DNA from: Candidatus Saccharimonadota bacterium
GTDB taxonomy: Bacteria; Patescibacteriota; Saccharimonadia; CAILAD01; BJGX01
NCBI GenBank assembly: GCA_016191105.1
Contig: JACPPH010000008.1
Location: 66,667 to 130,666 of the forward strand
Direction of reading: 5' to 3'
Length of the DNA stretch: 64,000 bases
In this document: piece by piece, positions 57,066-64,000 of the stretch
Numbering within the stretch: the first letter of the stretch is position 1
How the letters are laid out: each line of letters begins with the position of its first letter
Translations under genes and position numbers: made by a program
The notes under the pieces: model-generated
Seen by the model: only the letters and a program-made list of their open reading frames with translations
Told to the model about the DNA's origin: nothing
Databases searched by the model: none

Positions 57066-57985
57066 TGGATAAGCACGATTACTACAAAGTGCTCGGCATT
57101 GCCAAGGGCGCCAGTAAAGATGAGATTAAAAAAGCTTTTCGCAAAAAGGCAGTCAAGCTGCATCCCGATAAATCCACAGGCGACGAAGCCAAGTTTAAAG
57201 AGATCAATGAGGCTTATGAGGTTTTAAGCAACGATCAAAAGCGCCAAGCTTACGATCAGTTTGGCCATGCCGCCGGGGCGCACCAGGCTGGCGGCGGGGC
57301 TTACGGCGGCGGCAACCCATTCGAAGGCTTTGGCGGTGCGGGCTTCGACCCCAACAGTGTTCACTTTGATTTTGGTGGTGCCGGCGGCGGTGGCATCAAC
57401 GATATTTTCGACATGTTCTTTACTGGAGCTCGCAACCGAACCCGCGATGTCGAAGTGGCCATGACGATTGATTTTATGGAGGCTGTAAAAGGCGTAACCA
57501 AAGAGATTAGTTTGCGAGTCAACGATCGGCAGGGTGGCGGGCGAAAACAAGAAGATGTGAAGATCAAGATACCGGCTGGCATCGATGACGGCCAGTCTAT
57601 AAAGATGACTGGCAAGGGCGAGGTGAATGCTAATGGCCAGCGCGGTGACTTGTATGTTCATATTCGAGTTCGGCCAGATCGCCGCTTTGAGCGCGAGGGT
57701 GCTAATATTATCTCTGAAAAATCGATAGATTTTGCCGATGCCGCACTCGGCACGGAGATTGAGGTCGAAACTATCAATGGCAAAGTAACGCTCAAAGTTC
57801 CCGCCGGTACCCAGCCAGGTAAGATTCTTAAACTTAGCGGTAAGGGCTTACCCATTCTAAATACAACCAATCGCGGCGATCACCTAGTTGTAGTGAATGT
57901 TGAGGTTCCAACCAAACTTAGTGCCAAACAGCGTGAGTTGCTAGAAGAGTTTAAAAAGTCTACCAAAAAACACAAGTTTTGGTAG
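57065..57985 (+). CDS. dnaJ: J-domain co-chaperone, DnaJ/CbpA-like (no zinc-finger domain)
   Basis: The J-domain DYYKVLG...HPDK is followed by a G/F-rich region and C-terminal substrate-binding domains. No CxxCxGxG repeats; the protein has no cysteines. Confidence 0.8.
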   Translation: MDKHDYYKVLGIAKGASKDEIKKAFRKKAVKLHPDKSTGDEAKFKEINEAYEVLSNDQKRQAYDQFGHAAGAHQAGGGAYGGGNPFEGFGGAGFDPNSVHFDFGGAGGGGINDIFDMFFTGARNRTRDVEVAMTIDFMEAVKGVTKEISLRVNDRQGGGRKQEDVKIKIPAGIDDGQSIKMTGKGEVNANGQRGDLYVHIRVRPDRRFEREGANIISEKSIDFADAALGTEIEVETINGKVTLKVPAGTQPGKILKLSGKGLPILNTTNRGDHLVVVNVEVPTKLSAKQRELLEEFKKSTKKHKFW

Positions 57986-58057
57986 CAACCCATTTGCCGT
58001 TCTGAGCTTGTCGAAGGATCTGTGCTGGTACTATACTAAAACATAAGAATTAAACTT

Positions 58058-58555
58058 ATGTCATTTTTTAATTTCAATGTTATTGCCCTTGGCTTAGTTG
58101 CCGGCTTTGTTGCTTACGGCATATTGCTTGGCGAAAATAGAGTAAGGTTAGTTGTCCTCGGAAGCTCGTTGGCACTATTTGCCGCTAGCCAAGTACCCTT
58201 AGAAAGCTTAGAGGAGATAAGTCAAAAGGGCCTGCTTGGTTTTTACCCAGCTGGGGCGCAAAGTATATTGATCTTGACAGCTCTAATAACTGGCTTGTTT
58301 GCAGTTGGTGCCATGTTGGGTATTAAGAAGGCTCAAAACAAGGTTCGCTCGTTCATTTTGAGTATTATTGCGGCGCTGTTTTTGATCTGTTTTTCGGTAG
58401 CGGTTTTGCCCGATGCTAATCGAGCTAAGCTGGTTACCGACTACAATCTAGCTGCCATGGCTTACAGCATTCGCTACTATGTACTGCTTGCACTGATCGT
58501 ATGGTCGCTAATTACACTTTTTGTTGCCGAAAAAGATGACAAGCACAAAAAATGA
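58058..58555 (+). CDS. membrane protein (hypothetical)
   Basis: 4-5 TM helices. Confidence 0.4.
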   Translation: MSFFNFNVIALGLVAGFVAYGILLGENRVRLVVLGSSLALFAASQVPLESLEEISQKGLLGFYPAGAQSILILTALITGLFAVGAMLGIKKAQNKVRSFILSIIAALFLICFSVAVLPDANRAKLVTDYNLAAMAYSIRYYVLLALIVWSLITLFVAEKDDKHKK

Positions 58556-60372
58556 GCGAAAAGGCGCCAAGAGTATACCCTGAAAGGCCAGGGGAAATGT
58601 CTGAAAGCTTTACTGGGGCCATATCCATCCTTGAAAGACCTCCAGAGATTAACTTGACTTCGGAACAGCTGAAAGGGGTGCGCGAGTTTGAGGCCAAGCT
58701 ATTTAACGCCGAAAATCCTTTCTCTGAAAGTATTAATGTTAAGAGTCCAGAGAAAACACTTAGACAAGCAGAATTAGTAGAGCTAAAGCCAAGTGTACTT
58801 AGCTTAGATTATTTTTTGACACCCGCTGGAGCCAGTTTGCTGCAGGAGGTAACCAACCAAAGTATCAATTTTAGCAGCTTAGATGAGGTTAGACAGTTCT
58901 TTGCAACAGAGATAGCCGGCTACAAACCATCTCAAATCAAAAAATTGCAAGCACCTTCTGATAAATTCGCTCGCAATAAATTGGAGCAGATTGTTTTGGG
59001 CCATGCAAGCGACGAAGAGCCAGAGTTTTTTGGCTTTCTAAGAGCTCCAGAAAAGCTTTTAGAAAAAGCCAAATTTTCAAGTGAGCTAAGACGATACATA
59101 CTAGATGTGAGGCGACACCTAGATGAACTAAAGGACGACCCGCTCTACGAAACCAAAAAAGTTATATTTGATATCTATAGTCAAAGGGTAAATGTTCTCA
59201 GTGCCAGAATCTACCAAGCCGCTATTAAACTGTCTGTGCAAAATGAAGCTAGTGAGGATGACCGATATGGAGAAATACTATCGAGCTTAGAGCAGTACTT
59301 GCCAGGCTGGCGAGGCCAAGAGAGCCCAGAGAAGCGATTGGCTAAATCTCAGGATAGACAGCAACTTAGCAGGTTTTTATCACGACTCGATAAATTTATA
59401 AATGGTGCCTCTGAAAACCAAGGGAGCATCGTAAATCAAGATCTTGTTCGGATGCAGAAAGAATACAATACAAAAGGTCTGCCAGATAGGTTGAAGGACT
59501 TTGAATATTCAGATGTTGACCCCGAGGTTTTAGAAAACACTTTTGTAGATTCCGAAACACTAAAATTCATGGTTGAAATGATTCTAAGACACTATGATCT
59601 TCTAAGCTCAGAAGAAGTTGATTTAGATAAAAGCGAGCATGCTAGCGATTCAAAATGGCAAGTGGTTGTAAGTAATACCCATACAGCCATGTCGGTGGAT
59701 GGGGCAAAAAAGAGGGTTAACATCCCAGCAGATTTTAATAGAACCATTTGTGCCGAAAATCCAGCAGGGGCACTTCCTTTATTAGACCATGAAATGACGC
59801 ATGTTTTTCAGTACGAAAATGCTAGTCGTATTGGACTTAAAATATTCAGTTTTCCAGCAAGTCGCGCTAATCTCTGGCACGAAGCAGGCGCAATGGCCAA
59901 TGAGGCAGCTGCTCAAAAACGACTTTTTGGAAATCAGTATACAGGGCAGGGGTTGTTGCACCTCGCGGCTGTAGAAAAGCGTTTGCGTGGGGGCTCAATG
60001 GCCGAATGTGCTAGAGCTTCGCTTAACGCCTACCTTAAAGTTTTTCCTGATGCCAATAGGCAAGAAGCCGTTAAGAGAGCTGTTAGTAGAGCCATGCGTG
60101 TTTTCCGCCAAGGGCAGGGAATAGTTGAGCACGGCAATTATGTATCTGACAGCGCTTCTTTACACTATGCTGAGCAAAACATATTGAACGAGAAGCTACC
60201 TGAGAATTTGAGACAGTACCAATTTGTGGGCAGGATAAATTTAGATATTCTTGCACAGCTACATCGGACCGGGCTTTTAGGGAATTCAGACTTCGTAATA
60301 CCCAATGAGATGCCGTCTCAGACAGTAGAGAATTTTGTCCGTAATGACGTCTTGAGTCAACCCGCCAAATAG
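58552..60372 (+). CDS. large HExxH-motif protein (putative zincin-like peptidase, uncharacterised) leading the ATP-grasp cluster
   Basis: LLDHEMTHVFQ with Glu residues downstream (candidate third ligand), and QGLLHLA reminiscent of the QEGLA-motif family (by recollection). 606 aa. Confidence 0.4.
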   Translation: MSEKAPRVYPERPGEMSESFTGAISILERPPEINLTSEQLKGVREFEAKLFNAENPFSESINVKSPEKTLRQAELVELKPSVLSLDYFLTPAGASLLQEVTNQSINFSSLDEVRQFFATEIAGYKPSQIKKLQAPSDKFARNKLEQIVLGHASDEEPEFFGFLRAPEKLLEKAKFSSELRRYILDVRRHLDELKDDPLYETKKVIFDIYSQRVNVLSARIYQAAIKLSVQNEASEDDRYGEILSSLEQYLPGWRGQESPEKRLAKSQDRQQLSRFLSRLDKFINGASENQGSIVNQDLVRMQKEYNTKGLPDRLKDFEYSDVDPEVLENTFVDSETLKFMVEMILRHYDLLSSEEVDLDKSEHASDSKWQVVVSNTHTAMSVDGAKKRVNIPADFNRTICAENPAGALPLLDHEMTHVFQYENASRIGLKIFSFPASRANLWHEAGAMANEAAAQKRLFGNQYTGQGLLHLAAVEKRLRGGSMAECARASLNAYLKVFPDANRQEAVKRAVSRAMRVFRQGQGIVEHGNYVSDSASLHYAEQNILNEKLPENLRQYQFVGRINLDILAQLHRTGLLGNSDFVIPNEMPSQTVENFVRNDVLSQPAK

Positions 60373-60414
60373 ACGCTTGACAGATAGGTGGCATCATAGA
60401 ATAATATCACCACC

Positions 60415-61355
60415 ATGAACCAATCACATAAAAAGCCCAGCAAAAAGATTTTAATTTTCTTTGTACTAAAGAATTCAACTACCTACAAAAACGGACACCA
60501 AAATCTTTTGGAAGGACTAAAGCCGTTTTTAAGCGATTCGGTTGAATTGTTTTATACATTCTACGACGATCTCATTTATTCAATTGTCGATGGAAAAACC
60601 CGCATTTTTGATACCCGCAATGAGGTTGATTTAATAGAATACGACTTTGTGCATTTTCGTTTTTGGCATAAAGCTGCAGAGCAAGCGGCTGCTTGTGCAG
60701 AATATCTTAAACAGTATGGCCGCAAGTTTTCTGACTCTGAGGTTGCTGGATATCGTTCAAAGTCAAAGCAAAGTGAGTATTTTTGTTTAGCCGCTCACAG
60801 CTTACCGGTGCCCAACACGCTCATATGCTCAGAACAACATATTGAACAAGCACTAAAGCAATTTCCTAGATTCCAATTTCCATTAATAGCCAAAGACGTA
60901 GATGCCTCAAAGGGTCGCGATAACTACTTGGTAAAAACCCTCCTTGAGCTGAGAGAAGTTTTTAAAAAGAATCCCGGCATACGATTTGCTATTCAAAGCT
61001 TTATCCCCAACAAAGGTGACTATAGAATCTGGGTCTTTAATGGCCAAGCTGTTGGGGGCTATATCGTACAAGGAGCAATAAAAAAAGCCACTTAAACAAT
61101 ACTTCTCAAGAAGGGTTTAGTTCTTTACTCGAAACCAGAGAACTTGACAAAAAGATTGTACAGCTCGCCATCAAAGCGGCACGTGTAATGCGTCGCGAAG
61201 TTGCTGGTGTGGATGTTATACAAGATCAAGATGGACAGCACCTCTTTTTGCTAGAAGTAAATGGGACACCCCAAATTGATACTGGGAGCATGATCGAGTA
61301 TAAGCTAAATGCCATGGCTCGATACCTGGATTCGGCAGCCGACCCAGGTAGCTGA
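60415..61355 (+). pseudogene. RimK-like ATP-grasp ligase split by a -1 frameshift at an A7 run (61080-61086)
   Basis: Frame 1 ends ...DYRIWVFNGQAVGGYIVQGAIKKAT*. Frame 0 continues SHLNNTSQEGF...REVAGVDVIQDQDGQHLFLLEVNGTPQ. This aligns with rimK VVGAMLRQGVEGDFRSNLHRGG...VAGVDIL...EVNASPG. Confidence 0.55.
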
Positions 61356-61401
61356 TATAATATTCATAATCTTAAACCAGAGATTAAGCGAGCAACGATT
61401 A

Positions 61402-62331
61402 ATGTTAAAAATGACAACTAAGTTAATATATGACGAGATACTTTTACGCGGCTGGAAAGTGGAGATCTTGGATGAACAAAAGAACTTTCTGCGTTTTTGG
61501 GATGACTCGGGGAAGCACCATTTACTTAAGAATGACAACACTGAGAAAACTAGCTTGATTAATTTCTACATCGCAAAAGACAAGCAAATTACTTATAAAC
61601 TGGCTGCCGACTTAGGCATCCCAATCCCTAATACACTAGCCTTTACAGAAATGGAGGGGGCTGAAGAATTTCTGGGTCGAGAAGGACGGGTTGTTGTAAA
61701 ACCGCAAGATTCTGCGCATGGCCAAGGAGTAACTGCCGGTATTGTGGATGTATCGAAACTGCATACAGCAATCAAATTCGCTCAAGCATATTCTAACAAG
61801 CCATTAATACAGACCCACGTTGAAGGTGATGACTATAGGCTGCTTTATATCGACAAAAAACTGGTTGCTGCAACAATTCGAGAGCCCGCCAGTATAGTAG
61901 GTGACGGCAAACAATCTATCTCTGAGTTGATATTGGCAGAAAATCAAAACCCCAAACGAGGCAAAAACTATGTAAAAGAGCTGAATGTTATCGATGAAGC
62001 CGCTGCCGTGGAGTATCTTGGCGATCGTGTGTCAGAAGTTCCTCGCAAAGATGAGAAAGTTCAGGTGATAGGTGTAGCCAACATGGGTAGAGGTGGTAAG
62101 GCCATAGATGTTACAGACAATGTATCGAGCCAGATGTTAGAATATGCTAGTAAAATTGTGAACTATCTAGATATGGGACTTTGCGGTGTCGACTTTATCT
62201 ACAATACTAAAGATAACCAGATGTTTCTAATTGAGATTAATGCTGCTCCCTCGTTTGGCCTACATGAACATCCTAGTGTCGGCAAGGGCAGAAACGTAGC
62301 AAAATCGTTTGTAGATTGGTTCGCCAAGTAA
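61402..62331 (+). CDS. ATP-grasp ligase resembling the cyanophycin-synthetase N-terminal (ATP-grasp) domain
   Basis: KPQDSAHGQGV...DYRLLYIDKKLVAATIREPASIVGDGKQSISELI...NPKRG...GVANMGRGGKAIDVTD...LIEINAAPSFGLHEHPSVGKGRNVAKSFVDWF follows the CphA-N/RimK-type pattern. No Mur-ligase domain. Confidence 0.55.
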   Translation: MLKMTTKLIYDEILLRGWKVEILDEQKNFLRFWDDSGKHHLLKNDNTEKTSLINFYIAKDKQITYKLAADLGIPIPNTLAFTEMEGAEEFLGREGRVVVKPQDSAHGQGVTAGIVDVSKLHTAIKFAQAYSNKPLIQTHVEGDDYRLLYIDKKLVAATIREPASIVGDGKQSISELILAENQNPKRGKNYVKELNVIDEAAAVEYLGDRVSEVPRKDEKVQVIGVANMGRGGKAIDVTDNVSSQMLEYASKIVNYLDMGLCGVDFIYNTKDNQMFLIEINAAPSFGLHEHPSVGKGRNVAKSFVDWFAK

Positions 62332-62347
62332 GACTTTTAAGGTTGAC

Positions 62348-62809
62348 ATGCTTATTAATCATGAGCTAAAATCATGCTTTGATTTTACAGAGAGTCAAAA
62401 AATGCAAACTATTGGTAGAGAAGTAAAGATATCATTGCCCAACCAAAGGCTTTATAATCTGGACGCCAAGGTTGATACCGGTGCTTACCACTCGGCCATT
62501 CATTGTCACGAAGTCCAAAAAAAACTTATCGATGGCAAGACTGTGCTATCAGTTCGCTTCTTGGACCCCGAACATCCGGCCTATCACGAAAAGGAACTCA
62601 TTTTTGAAAAGTTCAAAAAAACAATTGTTACTAGCTCGTTTGGCAATAAGCAGCAGCGCTATATTATTAAGCTTAAGGTCAAAATTAATGATAAAATATA
62701 CATAGCAAACTTCACTCTGGCCAACAGAAGCCGACTAAAATATCCTATACTTCTGGGCCGGACATTGTTAAGAGGAAACTTTTTAGTTGATCCCTCGAGG
62801 AAACAGTAG
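62348..62809 (+). CDS. RimK-associated retropepsin-like aspartic peptidase (DUF785/RimB-like)
   Basis: AKVDTGAYHSAIH is a D-T-G-A aspartyl protease motif. It sits immediately upstream of rimK. Confidence 0.6.
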   Translation: MLINHELKSCFDFTESQKMQTIGREVKISLPNQRLYNLDAKVDTGAYHSAIHCHEVQKKLIDGKTVLSVRFLDPEHPAYHEKELIFEKFKKTIVTSSFGNKQQRYIIKLKVKINDKIYIANFTLANRSRLKYPILLGRTLLRGNFLVDPSRKQ

Positions 62810-62812
62810 CCT

Positions 62813-63718
62813 ATGAAAACTGTCATTTTATCTAAAGAACCCAAAAGCTACTCCACGCAGACACTACTAAAGGCTGCTAAGAAACGTATGGATGTAGTTA
62901 AGGTTTTGGATTACTCTCGTTGCTACATGGAAATTGAGGCTAGTAAGCCATCTATTTATTATTTAGGTAGGGCCGTGGAAGATGTTGATATTGTAATACC
63001 TAGAATTATTGCTTCGTTTAGCGCCTATATAAGTACGGTTGTAAGGCAATTTGAGATGATGAGGGTATATAGTTTAACCTCATCGTTGGCTGTAGTTCGT
63101 GCATCTGACAAGCTAAGATCGCTGCAGTTGCTGGCTCGCTCAGGGGTACAGATCCCTAAAACTGTTTTTGCACGAAAAACTGCCGATGTCACAGACATCC
63201 TAGATATGATAGGGGGTGCCCCAGTAGTAGTTAAGTTGTTAGAGGGGAATCAGGGTATCGGTGTAGTATTGGCAGAGACACGTAAAGCAGCCCAGTCTGT
63301 GGTTGAGGCTTTTTATGGGGTAGGAGCCAACATTTTGATTCAAGAATATATAGAAGAGGCTCATGGCGCAGATATACGTGCACTAGTAGTTGGTGACGAG
63401 GTGGTTGGAGCTATGCTGCGCCAAGGAGTCGAGGGCGACTTCCGAAGCAACCTGCATCGAGGCGGCACTACACAACCGGTGGAGCTCACCACCAAAGAGC
63501 GCAATATTGCAATCAAAGCCACCAAAACTCTCGGGCTGACTGTGGCGGGGGTAGATATACTTCGTTCCAAACGCGGTCCACTTGTTATTGAGGTTAACGC
63601 CTCACCCGGATTTGAAGGTATCGAGAGCGAAACTGGCATAGACATAGCTGGTATAATCGTGGACTATGCTATTTCAAAATCATCTGGCAAGCGTCGCAAA
63701 GATCGCATTGGTGCCTAA
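62813..63718 (+). CDS. rimK: RimK-family alpha-L-glutamate ligase (ribosomal protein S6 modification-type)
   Basis: ATP-grasp fold with DIRALVVGDEVVGAMLRQ...DFRSNLHRGG...AGVDIL...LVIEVNASPGF. Confidence 0.8.
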   Translation: MKTVILSKEPKSYSTQTLLKAAKKRMDVVKVLDYSRCYMEIEASKPSIYYLGRAVEDVDIVIPRIIASFSAYISTVVRQFEMMRVYSLTSSLAVVRASDKLRSLQLLARSGVQIPKTVFARKTADVTDILDMIGGAPVVVKLLEGNQGIGVVLAETRKAAQSVVEAFYGVGANILIQEYIEEAHGADIRALVVGDEVVGAMLRQGVEGDFRSNLHRGGTTQPVELTTKERNIAIKATKTLGLTVAGVDILRSKRGPLVIEVNASPGFEGIESETGIDIAGIIVDYAISKSSGKRRKDRIGA

Positions 63719-63739
63719 GTAAGACAGAATTCTCGATAT

Positions 63740-64000
63740 ATGACGTTACCCACAAGTTCTTCAAGAAAAAAATACTATCAAAGGACACTTAAATCGCACG
63801 GTGAAAGCCCCAAGTCCTTACAGTGGGTTAATTATCGTGCTGCCGCACTGCGTTATCACGCACTAGTATCTAGCCTAACCATAGAGGGTAAAAGCATACT
63901 TGATGCTGGTTGTGGCATGGGCGATCTATTGCCTTATCTCTATGCCGACACGGGAAACTTTCAGTATCTTGGGGTAGACGTAACTCCAGAGTTTATTGAC
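63740..64000 (+). CDS. class I SAM-dependent methyltransferase (3'-truncated by window end)
   Basis: ILDAGCGMGDL is motif I. The frame remains open to the window edge. Confidence 0.5.
   Translation, partial: MTLPTSSSRKKYYQRTLKSHGESPKSLQWVNYRAAALRYHALVSSLTIEGKSILDAGCGMGDLLPYLYADTGNFQYLGVDVTPEFID

Noticed and set aside
1-64000. CRISPR arrays, rRNA genes, IS elements
   Set aside because: No regularly spaced direct repeats, no rRNA-like conserved stretches and no transposase-like ORFs were seen anywhere in the window.

Overview
Most of this 64-kb window is chromosomal housekeeping sequence at roughly 45% GC, with several accessory patches. The gene content is that of a reduced, standard-code (translation table 11) bacterium. 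Every conserved gene is intact when TAG and TGA are read as stops, so no stop-codon reassignment is involved. Small membrane proteins, a type IV pilin-like gene, a DnaJ without a zinc finger and a short HrcA suggest a Patescibacteria/CPR, Saccharibacteria-like organism, but that is inference only.

In order along the window:
- A restriction-modification module: a 5'-truncated candidate restriction endonuclease next to a C5 cytosine methyltransferase that carries an N-terminal MerR-type HTH.
- dapF, several small membrane proteins, an AttH/CrtC-like protein, a ClC channel, and an ABC-2 transporter with two paralogous permeases.
- A nucleotide-metabolism cluster: large-form purL, pyrB, a reversed-order PyrF-PyrE fusion, pyrD, an isocitrate-dehydrogenase-family gene, pyrC, a CBS-less IMPDH-family gene and NUDIX genes.
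- A Crp/Fnr regulator with a CRP-like site in its divergent promoter region.
- A membrane-anchored tail-fibre-like protein ending in a peptidase S74 intramolecular-chaperone domain.
- A malic enzyme, then lexA with an unusual GTTC-N7-GTTC direct repeat between its -35 and -10, followed by a co-operonic nucleotidyltransferase.
- An RRM protein, a GNAT pseudogene, a bactofilin-like repeat membrane protein, and a 435-bp gene-free, hairpin-rich stretch between convergent genes.
- A tRNA-Ile2-like (CAU) gene with a CIRCE-like palindrome upstream, an inositol monophosphatase, a second ABC-2 transporter and a metallophosphoesterase.
- A P-loop kinase interrupted by an in-frame TAG, then the initiator and elongator tRNA-Met genes.
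- A roughly 1.3-kb high-GC island (about 58-60% GC) carrying one unknown gene and GGATCC-containing inverted repeats.
- tilS-ftsH-murJ-lepA, then a CIRCE-controlled hrcA-grpE-dnaK-(NUDIX)-(NYN)-dnaJ-like operon.
- A final cluster of an HExxH protein, three ATP-grasp ligases (one split by a -1 frameshift at an A7 run) and a retropepsin-like peptidase, ending in rimK.

No rRNA genes, CRISPR arrays or transposases were seen.
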